DNA of 64,000 nt from the NCBI GenBank assembly GCA_017513085.1, contig JAFWDK010000027.1, forward strand, positions 96,001 through 160,000. Reading direction: 5' to 3'. Positions 1-8,909 of this stretch are shown here, in pieces; position 1 is the stretch's first letter; each line of letters begins with the position of its first letter. The notes under the pieces were generated by a model. The model saw only the letters and a list, made by a program, of their open reading frames with translations, was not told where the DNA came from and did not search any database. This stretch comes from Clostridiales bacterium (GTDB lineage Bacteria > Bacillota > Clostridia > Saccharofermentanales > Saccharofermentanaceae). The translations under genes were made by a program, and so were the position numbers.

Positions 1-544
1 CCTCTGCCATACGTGTTCTCGAAAGTGATTTCAAAAGACCCGGATCGATCACGACAGCCTTCGGCTGATAAAAAGCACCGACCAGGTTCTTACCGAACGG
101 CATATCGATACCTGTTTTTCCGCCGATGGAAGAGTCCACCTGTGCCAGAAGTGTCGTCGGTACCTGGATCAAAGGACAGCCGCGCATATACGTTGCCGCC
201 GCAAATCCTGTCAGATCGCCGACTACGCCGCCGCCAAGCGCGATCACAAGGTCGGTTCTCGTCATGCCGAAATCGTGCATGGCACCATAGATGGCAAAAA
301 GATTCTTCTCGCATTTACTGGATTCACCGCTCTCCACGGTATAGGAAGCGATCTCAAATCCCGCGCTCTGAAGCGATTTTTTCGCCTGCTCCAGATACAG
401 CCCTTCCACAATGGAATCCGTAACGATAAATGCTTTACGGCTCCGGACCGTCTTTCCCGCCACATCGCCCAACTGAGCCAGTGCTCCGGTACGAATCAGG
501 ATCGGGTATTTTCCTTGGTTTGTATTTGCCATGATCTCCGGCAT
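1..544 (-). CDS. aroB: 3-dehydroquinate synthase (5' part; runs off left end)
   Basis: Not in the ORF track. Manual translation from ATG 544 (RBS GGAGGTG) gives MPEIMANTNQGKYPILI...GESSK...ALGGGVVGDLTGFAAATYMRG...QVPTTLLAQVDSSIGGKTG...KNLVGAFYQP, the AroB signature motifs. Confidence 0.96.
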   Translation of the reverse strand, partial: MPEIMANTNQGKYPILIRTGALAQLGDVAGKTVRSRKAFIVTDSIVEGLYLEQAKKSLQSAGFEIASYTVESGESSKCEKNLFAIYGAMHDFGMTRTDLVIALGGGVVGDLTGFAAATYMRGCPLIQVPTTLLAQVDSSIGGKTGIDMPFGKNLVGAFYQPKAVVIDPGLLKSLSRTRMAE

Positions 545-599
545 AAGATCACCTCCGTTTATTCTCGTTCTGTATACTATTTTATCATTTCACGACGTA

Positions 600-1934
600 T
601 CACGTCTCGAAGAGCTTTGTCACTTTCGCAAGGATCACTTCCACATCCTCATCGGCAGGAAGCACCACATCCGCGCCCCGCTCATAAGTAGGTTCACGCG
701 ACTCCAGCCGGGCCACCATATTCTTGTACGCCGTATCCGCGTCCTTCGCATCCAGAAGCGGCCGGGAACGGTCATTCTTCACTCTTTCCCAGATCGTCTG
801 CGGCGTAACTTTCAAATAGATCAGCATAGACTTGCTCTGCAGAAGCAACTTCTCATTTTCTTCGTTGGTCAGCACGCCGCCGCCAAGCGAAATGACGGCC
901 GAGCCTTGCTTTTCCAGCTCACGCTTTAATATCTCATGTTCCATCTTACGGAACGCTTCTTCGCCATCCTTCTCGAAGATCTCACGGATCGGGCATCCCG
1001 CCACTTTCACGATCTCGTCATCCAGATCGATAAAGGGGATCTTCAACTGATCCGCCGTCCTGCGCCCTACCGTCGTCTTACCGGCTCCCATAAAGCCTGT
1101 AAAGACCAGTTTGATCGGGTTCTTCTCCCAAAGTTTCTTTCTCACGTCCGGCAGGATCTCCGAAAGCCGTGCCTCATCAAAATGCGCATCCGGCGCCCAT
1201 ATCTTCTCGGCGGCGATGGCCTGGTTCAGAAGCATCTTCAGTCCTGAAACCGCAGTCTTTCCCTCAGCACGGTAACGAAGACAAGTCTTGGTCGGGCACG
1301 GATTATAGATCGTATCAAAAAAAGTTCCGTCGTCTGCCAGAAGACCCGCTTCCGGGATCCCATCATGGACATTCGGCCACATACCACAAGGCGTTCCGTT
1401 CAATATCGTGTCAAAAGCACTTCCTCCTGCGACTTTTTCCGCCGCTGTCACTTTGTCGTATCCCTTCGCCTTACACTCATCGATCAGGACCAGTGCTTTT
1501 TCCGGAGAACGCGCCCAGATCGAGAGATCCGCGCCCGCCTTCAGGGCCTCGATGGCCATCATGCGGGCAACGCCGCCGGCACCGAGGAGCAAGACTTTCT
1601 TGTCCTTCATCGGCACACCACAGGAGAGAAATCCATCCACATCGGTATTGTAGCCGATCTTGCCGCAGACCGTATTGGCCGCGCCGTATTCTTTCACCAT
1701 CGGCGCCACGTCATCGAGAAACGGAAGGATCGCGACCTTGTGCGGGATCGTGACATTGAATCCCGTCAGTTCGCGCATAAGGATCGGCGCATATTTCGGA
1801 AGTTCCTCCGGCGCGATCTCGTATAGCTCATATTTTCCGAAAATGCCGGATGCCTCCATGATGCGCTCATGGATATAAGGTGACATCGAGTGACCCAGAG
1901 GACACCCGATGAGGCCTGCTTTAATCGCACTCAT
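600..1934 (-). CDS. aroE: bifunctional shikimate dehydrogenase / shikimate kinase (AroE-AroK fusion)
   Basis: N-terminal GHSMSP, NVTIPHK, NTD and GAGG motifs (AroE). C-terminal GFMGAGKT P-loop, DLD, ISLGGG and RPLL motifs (AroK). Confidence 0.93.
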   Translation of the reverse strand: MSAIKAGLIGCPLGHSMSPYIHERIMEASGIFGKYELYEIAPEELPKYAPILMRELTGFNVTIPHKVAILPFLDDVAPMVKEYGAANTVCGKIGYNTDVDGFLSCGVPMKDKKVLLLGAGGVARMMAIEALKAGADLSIWARSPEKALVLIDECKAKGYDKVTAAEKVAGGSAFDTILNGTPCGMWPNVHDGIPEAGLLADDGTFFDTIYNPCPTKTCLRYRAEGKTAVSGLKMLLNQAIAAEKIWAPDAHFDEARLSEILPDVRKKLWEKNPIKLVFTGFMGAGKTTVGRRTADQLKIPFIDLDDEIVKVAGCPIREIFEKDGEEAFRKMEHEILKRELEKQGSAVISLGGGVLTNEENEKLLLQSKSMLIYLKVTPQTIWERVKNDRSRPLLDAKDADTAYKNMVARLESREPTYERGADVVLPADEDVEVILAKVTKLFET

Positions 1935-3015
1935 AGCCGGCCTCCTTCAGAAGCGCATACGCTTCCACCGCTTCTTTTGCCGTGCCCAGAAGCAGGCTTA
2001 CCTGACCGCCATCGTAGGTACGGAAGTTACGGATATTGATGTTTCGGATATTGATATTGCCCTTACCGAGGATAGCCGTGATCCGGGCCAGCTCACCGGG
2101 TCTATCGTCGACATAGACCGTCAGCATGGAAGACGCTTCCAGTGCGCCACGCAGGTTCGAGTCGAGGTGGTCGCGGTAGCAGGCGCCCTGCATGAAGAGT
2201 TTCTCCAGAGCGGCCTGATCGTCTTTTTCCAGTGTTTCTTTCCAAGTGGAAAGAAGTTCGATATATTTGTCCAGCACCGGCAGAAGCGCCTCTCGGGAAT
2301 TCTCCGTGATACCGGCCCAGAGTTTCGCATCTGAAGAGGCGATACGGGTAATGTCGCGGAAACCGCCGGCTGCCATGCGGGAGATCGCACCATCGTCGAT
2401 ATTGGCCATGAGCAGCGAAAGACTGCTGGCCACGATATGAGGAAGATGCGATACTGCCGCCACACGTTCATCGTGTTCCTTGGCCGACATACGCATCGGG
2501 ATCGCACCGATAGAACGGATCAGTTTCTCAAATGCGTCCAGCATCGTGACCGGTACCGCACACTGGTCAGAAATACAGATCACATAAAGTGCATTTTCGA
2601 AGAGAGATTCACTGCTGCAGGCATAACCGTGACGCTCGGAACCGGCCATCGGATGACCGCCCACGAAATTCGGAAGCGTGATGGCTTCCATGACCGGACG
2701 CTTGACGGATCCGACATCGGAGATCAGTCCGATATCCAGTGTTTTCAGCGTCGGTTCCATCTTCTTGATCGCATCGATCGGCGCACAAAGGACGACCAGA
2801 TCACAACCGTTCAGGATAGATAAGTCGTCTTTGGAAAATGAGGAGATCACTCCTTCTTTGATTGCCAGTTCACCGGAAGCCGAATCCGGCTCTACTGCAA
2901 CGATCTCATCCACATCCGTACGGTGCTTCAGTGCTTTTGCCAAAGAACCACCGATCAGGCCGAGTCCGACGATTCCGGCCTTCTTGATCCCAGTGGATTT
3001 TCTATCCTCTTGCAT
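1921..3015 (-). CDS. tyrA: prephenate dehydrogenase with C-terminal ACT domain
   Basis: GLGLIGGS, DVGSVK, GGHPMAGSE, SHLPH and GFRDITRIA motifs; C-terminal DRPGELARI ACT domain. Start moved to ATG 3015 (RBS GAGAGG). Confidence 0.93.
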   Translation of the reverse strand: MQEDRKSTGIKKAGIVGLGLIGGSLAKALKHRTDVDEIVAVEPDSASGELAIKEGVISSFSKDDLSILNGCDLVVLCAPIDAIKKMEPTLKTLDIGLISDVGSVKRPVMEAITLPNFVGGHPMAGSERHGYACSSESLFENALYVICISDQCAVPVTMLDAFEKLIRSIGAIPMRMSAKEHDERVAAVSHLPHIVASSLSLLMANIDDGAISRMAAGGFRDITRIASSDAKLWAGITENSREALLPVLDKYIELLSTWKETLEKDDQAALEKLFMQGACYRDHLDSNLRGALEASSMLTVYVDDRPGELARITAILGKGNINIRNINIRNFRTYDGGQVSLLLGTAKEAVEAYALLKEAGYECD

Positions 3016-3338
3016 GCGAAAATACCTCTCTTTTTCAAGTAGGTCTATTATAGCATGAAGGCATGCCATTCTGACAGTTTTAGCCCGTCCGGCTACGAAA
3101 ATCAGCAGTTTTCGATAACGTTATGCATCGTTACTTACTTTCTGCAACGATCAGGCTCCCCCGATTCCGGATCGAAGAAGCATTTGCACAAGGATTTCGT
3201 TAATCTGTCTATATTCTTTTCATTTACAAAAGCACTTGTCCTGTACTATTATTACCAAGGTCTGCCTGATGGAAGTCAGCCGGTTTCCTGTCTTCCGGGT
3301 TTTGGCAAGATCATTATCTTTCGAAAGGAACCTTTTTC

Positions 3339-4232
3339 ATGACCTGGATACTTCTGACATTAGTATATGGTTTACTTAAAGGCGGACGTGAGATCGCCAA
3401 GAAAAAAGCCATGGGCAAAAGCACGGTCATGGAAGTGCTTCTTATCTATACGCTCATCGGATTTCTGATGGTCGTTCCGCGTGCCCCGCACGCCATGGGA
3501 CTTGCTCCAATATATTACGGTCTGATCGCAATCAAATCTTTCGTGATCTTCCTTGCCTGGATCTTAAGTTTCCGTGCACTCAAACATCTCCCTGTCAGTC
3601 TCTATGGTATCCTTGACCTATCCCGTGTACTACTCGCGACGCTTCTCGGAGTAATCGTTCTGCATGAAGTTCTGGTCTGGAACCAGTTCCTCGGCCTTGC
3701 CCTCGTAGCTTTCGGACTCCTTTCTCTGAAGTTCCGTCTATTCGGGAAGAAACCCGAAACAGCTTCATCCTCTGCTAAAGCATCTTCTTCTGACGAATCC
3801 GGGAACCCTACCCGATTCATTCTCATGGCATTCGGATCCTGCATGCTGAATGCTGTCTCCGGTCTCATGGACAAACTCCTGATGCGGCATATCAGCGGCG
3901 CTCAGCTTCAGTTCTGGTATATGCTTTTTCTTTTGCTGTTTTACCTGGTCTATGTGCTTGTGTCCCGCACGAAGATCTCCCGCTCTGTCTGGAAGAACGG
4001 ATGGATCTGGCTTCTCGCCATCATGTTCGTGATCGGTGACGCTGCACTCTTCGCCGCCAACGGTATCTCCGGAAGCCGTGTCACCATCATGACCCTGATC
4101 AAACAAAGCGGCTGCTTCGTCACCATCGTCGGCGGCAAGCTCTTCTTTCACGAAAAAGACATCGGTTACCGTCTCTTCTGCGCCGCCATCATCTTCAGCG
4201 GAATCATACTCAGCGTTCTTCCGCTCGCGTAA
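3339..4232 (+). CDS. EamA/DMT family transporter
   Basis: About 10 hydrophobic helices in two repeats; GVIVLHE and GGKLFFHEK motifs typical of EamA repeats. Confidence 0.85.
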   Translation: MTWILLTLVYGLLKGGREIAKKKAMGKSTVMEVLLIYTLIGFLMVVPRAPHAMGLAPIYYGLIAIKSFVIFLAWILSFRALKHLPVSLYGILDLSRVLLATLLGVIVLHEVLVWNQFLGLALVAFGLLSLKFRLFGKKPETASSSAKASSSDESGNPTRFILMAFGSCMLNAVSGLMDKLLMRHISGAQLQFWYMLFLLLFYLVYVLVSRTKISRSVWKNGWIWLLAIMFVIGDAALFAANGISGSRVTIMTLIKQSGCFVTIVGGKLFFHEKDIGYRLFCAAIIFSGIILSVLPLA

Positions 4233-4260
4233 CATATTGATCAAAACAGTGGCCTTTTTG

Positions 4261-4303
4261 AAGTGAACCCCAGAAGTTGAACAAAAACTTCTGGGGTTCA
4301 CTT
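4261..4303. terminator. bidirectional terminator-like hairpin
   Basis: Perfect 18-bp stem AAGTGAACCCCAGAAGTT / AACTTCTGGGGTTCACTT between convergent genes. Confidence 0.75.
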
Positions 4304-4325
4304 CATTTACGACGGCCACTTTCTT

Positions 4326-4970
4326 TTACGATCTCGAAGCAAAATCCTCATCGATCTCTTCGCGCCAGGCGTCTTCCAGACAACCCTTTGCCCGGACACT
4401 GGACAGTGCTTTGCCCATACAGGCAAAATTCAGAGCTGTTCCGGCCTTGTCGCTATGATAGTTCACTGCACGCTTCTTATCGATCCCGAAGCTCGAAGCT
4501 GTCTGCACTGCATCGATGTTCGCGCCAAGGAACAAGAACTCCCAACCCTTATCCTTTTTCTTACCGATCATCTTCTTGACCTTCTCCGCCGTATACTCAT
4601 GGCTGCTGTTCTCCATACCATCCGTCGTGATCACGAAGATCGTATTGTCCGGAACATCCTCTTCCCTTGCATATTTGTGAATATGCGAGATGTGATGGAT
4701 CGTGCTTCCGATCGCATCCAGAAGTGCCGTGCAGCCACGTACGAAGTATTCCTTGTCGGTGAGTTTCTCGACTTTAGAAAGCTCCACTCTATCATGGATC
4801 GTATCCACGACCGAATCAAAAAGCACTGTCGTGACGTAGCATTGGCCGTCTTCTTTTTTCTGTTTTTCGATCATGGAGTTGAATCCTCCGATCGTGTCTT
4901 CTTCCAGTCCGCTCATTGAACCGCTTCTGTCCAAAATAAAAACGATTTCCGTAATGTTATTCTTTTTCAT
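4326..4970 (-). CDS. von Willebrand factor A (vWA) domain protein
   Basis: MIDAS motif DRSGSM, G-T-LLDA and ITTDG; RBS GGAGG. Confidence 0.9.
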   Translation of the reverse strand: MKKNNITEIVFILDRSGSMSGLEEDTIGGFNSMIEKQKKEDGQCYVTTVLFDSVVDTIHDRVELSKVEKLTDKEYFVRGCTALLDAIGSTIHHISHIHKYAREEDVPDNTIFVITTDGMENSSHEYTAEKVKKMIGKKKDKGWEFLFLGANIDAVQTASSFGIDKKRAVNYHSDKAGTALNFACMGKALSSVRAKGCLEDAWREEIDEDFASRS

Positions 4971-5040
4971 AGATCTTTCCTCCTGTTTTTTGCTATCCGC
5001 TTCTTACAAGTACATTAAACAAAAAACAGGTATAAAAAAG

Positions 5041-5057
5041 GTCGCCTGAAAGGCGAC
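5041..5057. promoter_or_regulatory. palindrome GTCGCC-N5-GGCGAC (operator of the vWA gene and/or terminator of blaR1)
   Basis: Perfect 6-bp inverted repeat flanked by A/T tracts, about 30 bp upstream of a TG-n-TTTAAT -10-like element at 5014-5019. Confidence 0.5.
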
Positions 5058-5096
5058 ACTTTTTTACTTGCTTACCCGATCATGTGATGGTTCTTC

Positions 5097-6887
5097 TCAG
5101 ATCACACAGTTTGTATCGACCTTGACTCCTGAACGGATGATCCTCTCCACTTCATGCGGATCCATATCATTTATTCCTATCTCAAAATCATACACACATT
5201 CACAGGCATTCTCCGGGTCGCGATAATACAGTTCTTTTACCTCTGCTATACTCATGTCCGCATTGTCGTACAGTTCCATCGACTGGTCAATGAGATGATT
5301 GGAATTCACCAGGTCGACCAGTTTCTTGTACCCTTCTCCGTCTTTACAGAGGAAGCCATCGAAAAAGGCATATAAATGACCCTGTTCTTCCTCAGGAACA
5401 TTGTACCGGTATGCTACGGTCACAAGATCTCCTGTACCCGAAATACCCAAAATGATCAGGCGCTCATCATCGCACACAAACTCAAAATCCTTACCGGGTT
5501 CAAGATAGAAACTATATGTATCTTCCGGTTTATCGATCTCATACATATACTCTGTATTCTTTTTGCTATCCTTAAAATACAGGGAAATATGTTCCATGGG
5601 TGCATAACATGTCGCATCAAAAGACATAAGTGTGCTCTTTTTGGACTTTTCGAGTACGGTTCCGATATCGGAAGTTGGCATGAGACGGCCATATACACCT
5701 TTATTGCCAAACTTACCACGTCCTTCTGCATATACACTAAATCCCATTGTTGTATTCATATCCGGATCTTTATCATATTTCAAGGTATACTCCACATGAA
5801 GTTTACTTCCGCTGAAATTGACTTTCTCTACTTTCACGGAATATCCGTCAAAAGCATACTCTGCATCCTTTGACACCTGTACAGCATGCTTATCTGTATT
5901 GACTACCTCATTGACTGCATCCTTCTTCGGACTTGTCAGGAAGCATCCCGAAATCGCTACACATGTCACCATCAGAAGTGCAACCGCAGCAACAGTCGGT
6001 CTCTTATAATGCAGAACATTCTTCACGCGCTGTCTGACACCTACCTCTCCAAAAGCAAGCGGGTAGGCGACCCATACAGATTTCCTGATACTGCAGTCCA
6101 GGAGCGCCTGGGAGTAAGCTGCCGCACGTGGTTTTTCCATTCTGCGGATAACTCTTTCATCGCACGCCATTTCGATATCTCTTGAAAAAAGGATATAAGA
6201 AAGCCAGCAGAGAGGGTTAAACCAGTACACGGAAAGAAGCAGGAACCCCAATGGTTTCCACAAGTGATCCAGACGCTTAAGATGTGCTTTTTCATGTTCC
6301 AGTACATACGGCAACGTCTTTTCATCCAAAGAAGAAGGCACATAGATCTTCGGCCGGAACATTCCTAAAATGAAGGGAGTCTCAATATCATCACAGATAT
6401 AGATGCCTTTCTCCCGGCAGATCGAGGCCGCCACTTTTCTTCTCATTCTCCAGGCACTGATCAAAGCATAGCCCGAAATCAAGACCATGCCGGCGATCCA
6501 TACCAGCGTTGCTATGAAAACAATATCCTGCATCGTGATGCCGCCGCTGTTTCGCGCATCCGGTCGCACGGTAACAGTAGATTTCTGCGTCGGAGCTGCG
6601 TTTTCAATAACAGGGTTGATCATCTGATCCACATAAGCGATTCCGCTCTTCACCTGAGGTTTTTCCATACTTGCGATCTGCACCGGGATCGGCTCACTGC
6701 TGGGGATCACGCTCGTTACACTTTCGAACGAAAACGGACAGATCAGGCGGATGCCCACCATCGCCCAAAGCACACAAGGAAACCACTTCGGTGCTCTTTT
6801 CAAAACCGCTCTCATGACGATTACCGCCAGGATCAGAAAGCCGGCCGAAAAACTGAGATTCAACAACTTGATAAATACACTACTCAT
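5097..6887 (-). CDS. BlaR1-like M56 metallopeptidase signal transducer with novel C-terminal extracellular domain
   Basis: N-terminal TM helices, PFILG, HEKAH (HExxH), WFNPL and EMACDE; directly downstream of a BlaI-like gene. Confidence 0.9.
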   Translation of the reverse strand: MSSVFIKLLNLSFSAGFLILAVIVMRAVLKRAPKWFPCVLWAMVGIRLICPFSFESVTSVIPSSEPIPVQIASMEKPQVKSGIAYVDQMINPVIENAAPTQKSTVTVRPDARNSGGITMQDIVFIATLVWIAGMVLISGYALISAWRMRRKVAASICREKGIYICDDIETPFILGMFRPKIYVPSSLDEKTLPYVLEHEKAHLKRLDHLWKPLGFLLLSVYWFNPLCWLSYILFSRDIEMACDERVIRRMEKPRAAAYSQALLDCSIRKSVWVAYPLAFGEVGVRQRVKNVLHYKRPTVAAVALLMVTCVAISGCFLTSPKKDAVNEVVNTDKHAVQVSKDAEYAFDGYSVKVEKVNFSGSKLHVEYTLKYDKDPDMNTTMGFSVYAEGRGKFGNKGVYGRLMPTSDIGTVLEKSKKSTLMSFDATCYAPMEHISLYFKDSKKNTEYMYEIDKPEDTYSFYLEPGKDFEFVCDDERLIILGISGTGDLVTVAYRYNVPEEEQGHLYAFFDGFLCKDGEGYKKLVDLVNSNHLIDQSMELYDNADMSIAEVKELYYRDPENACECVYDFEIGINDMDPHEVERIIRSGVKVDTNCVI

Positions 6888-6889
6888 GA

Positions 6890-7252
6890 TCAGCCCTCCT
6901 TTTTAAAGGCATCGATCATCTTCTGGATTTCATCCGCTTCCTCCGGGGTAAGTTCTTTTCGGGAAATAAATGAAGCAACAAAAGCCGGCAGCGATCCTTG
7001 GTACGAATCCGTTACGATCTGCTCGCTTTTTGCCGAATAAAACTCCTCACGCGGAATCAGGGATGTGACCATACCGTCTACGTTTTGAAGGATCCCCTTC
7101 TCGCAGAGCTTGCGAAGAACAGTGTAGGTCGTCGGCTTCTTCCAGTTCAGTTCCTTCTCGCAGATCTTTACCAGATCCCCGGAAGTGACCGGTTCATGCT
7201 CCCAGACGATGTCTGCAAAACGCATCTGTACTGTGCCTAATTCCATATCCAT
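6890..7252 (-). CDS. BlaI/MecI/CopY family transcriptional repressor
   Basis: IVWE...LNWKKPTTYTVLRKLCEKG winged helix; Y-GSL--FV-SF dimerisation region. Start moved to ATG 7252. Confidence 0.9.
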   Translation of the reverse strand: MDMELGTVQMRFADIVWEHEPVTSGDLVKICEKELNWKKPTTYTVLRKLCEKGILQNVDGMVTSLIPREEFYSAKSEQIVTDSYQGSLPAFVASFISRKELTPEEADEIQKMIDAFKKEG

Positions 7253-7340
7253 AAACAATCGGCTCCTCTCCATCCCGCCGGATCTGTACAACATCCGGCA
7301 GAATCACACCATAGTATCAGGTTCCTGATCAAAAAGAACT

Positions 7341-7395
7341 GGTTTATCCATATAAACCACACTTACAGTTTATCCGGGTAAACCAGTTCTGTCAA
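7341..7395 (-). promoter_or_regulatory. sigma-A promoter of blaI with two 18-bp palindromic operators
   Basis: TTGACA (7395-7390), 17 bp, TAAACT (7372-7367). Palindromes GGTTTATCCATATAAACC (7341-7358) and AGTTTATCCGGGTAAACC (7367-7384). Confidence 0.75.
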
Positions 7396-7446
7396 TACAT
7401 ATTTTTTTGAATCGCTAACCTTCTCAGGTGCAATGGAAAGAGTTCC

Positions 7447-8877
7447 TTACAGATCGTAGTACATGGCAAATTCCATCGGGTGTGGAAGCTTGTTGATCTT
7501 CGCCGCCGCTTTCTTATTTCTATCGATCAGCTGCTCAAGAAGTTTTTCCGGGAAAACACCGCCTGCCGTCAGGTAGTCGTGATCCGCTTCCAGCGCTGCG
7601 GTAGCTTCCTCCAAGGAAGTCGGAAGACCGGTCAGCTTGGCCTTTTCCTCCTCCGGAAGTGTATAAAGATTGCAGTCAAAAGGCCCCCATCCTTTCTCGT
7701 GCGGATCGATCTTGTTCTTGATGCCGTCCAATCCTGCCATCAGGATCGCCGCATAGGCATAGTACGGGTTACAGGTAGCATCCGGATTACGGAGCTCGAA
7801 GCGCTTCGTCTCCGGGGTCTTCGCGTACGCCGGAATACGGATAACGGCACTTCTGTTACTCATGGCGTATCCGATCGTTACCGGTGCTTCAAATCCGGGG
7901 ATAAGGCGCTTATAGGAATTTGTCGACGGATTGGTGATCGCACAAAGTGAACGTGCGTGTGTCAGAAGGCCACCCATAAACCAGTGTGCCGTCTCGTTAA
8001 GCTGTGCATAGCTCTCTTCGTCATAGAAGACAGGCTCGCCGTCTTTCATAAGCAGCATATGCACATGCATACCGCTTCCTGCTTCTTCCGCCAATGGCTT
8101 CGGCATAAATGTTGCCGTCGCGCCATCTCTTGCCGCTTCATTCTTAATCACATACTTCGCAGACATCGTGTCATCTGCAAGTTTAAGCATATCGCCCAGT
8201 TCCACTTCGATCTCCATCTGACCGGAACCACCCACTTCCGGGTGATGGTACTTGACCTTTATGCCCCAATCTTCCATACTCAAACACATTCTGGAACGAA
8301 GATCATTTCTGATATCTGTCGGAAGACTGTTGTGGTAGCCGGCTCCCGGCATGACCTGATAACCATTATTGCCCATATCATCCGCCGAAGCATAGTGCGC
8401 CTGAGACGTATAGATACTGGCGGACATATCATAGTATTTCGTCGAATACCGCACATCGTCAAAAACATAGAACTCATACTCCGGTCCGATGATCATCTGA
8501 TCTGCCACGCCCGTTTCTTTCATGTACTCCAGCGCACGGATCGCCACATTTCTCGGATACTGGTCAAAAGGCTTGTTCTGCGGGAACGCGATCACCCGGA
8601 CATCACCGATCATCGACAAAGTCGGCACTTCGCAATATGGATCGATCACCGCGGAATCCAAAACCGGAAGGAATACCATATCACTGTTCTCGACCGGTGC
8701 ATATCCGTAATTGCTTCCATCAAATCCTATGCCCTGCAGCATAGTAGATCTGCTCAGTTTCTCGGCCGGTATAGACAAATGCCTCCAACGTCCGTCAATG
8801 TCCGTCAGCTTAAAGTCGATCATTTTGATCCCCTTCTCACTGATCAAATCCAAAATCTCTTGAAATGTCTTTGCCAT
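7447..8877 (-). CDS. glnA: glutamine synthetase type I (GSI-beta-like)
   Basis: FDGS, GPEYEFY, HHPEV, ATFMPKP, GSGMHVH, NSYKRLIPGFEAP, NRSAVIRIP and ELRNPD motifs; NLYTLP adenylylation-site-like motif. Confidence 0.96.
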   Translation of the reverse strand: MAKTFQEILDLISEKGIKMIDFKLTDIDGRWRHLSIPAEKLSRSTMLQGIGFDGSNYGYAPVENSDMVFLPVLDSAVIDPYCEVPTLSMIGDVRVIAFPQNKPFDQYPRNVAIRALEYMKETGVADQMIIGPEYEFYVFDDVRYSTKYYDMSASIYTSQAHYASADDMGNNGYQVMPGAGYHNSLPTDIRNDLRSRMCLSMEDWGIKVKYHHPEVGGSGQMEIEVELGDMLKLADDTMSAKYVIKNEAARDGATATFMPKPLAEEAGSGMHVHMLLMKDGEPVFYDEESYAQLNETAHWFMGGLLTHARSLCAITNPSTNSYKRLIPGFEAPVTIGYAMSNRSAVIRIPAYAKTPETKRFELRNPDATCNPYYAYAAILMAGLDGIKNKIDPHEKGWGPFDCNLYTLPEEEKAKLTGLPTSLEEATAALEADHDYLTAGGVFPEKLLEQLIDRNKKAAAKINKLPHPMEFAMYYDL

Positions 8878-8909
8878 ACCCGTTCCTCCTGACTAATCGG
8901 ATGTATTTT

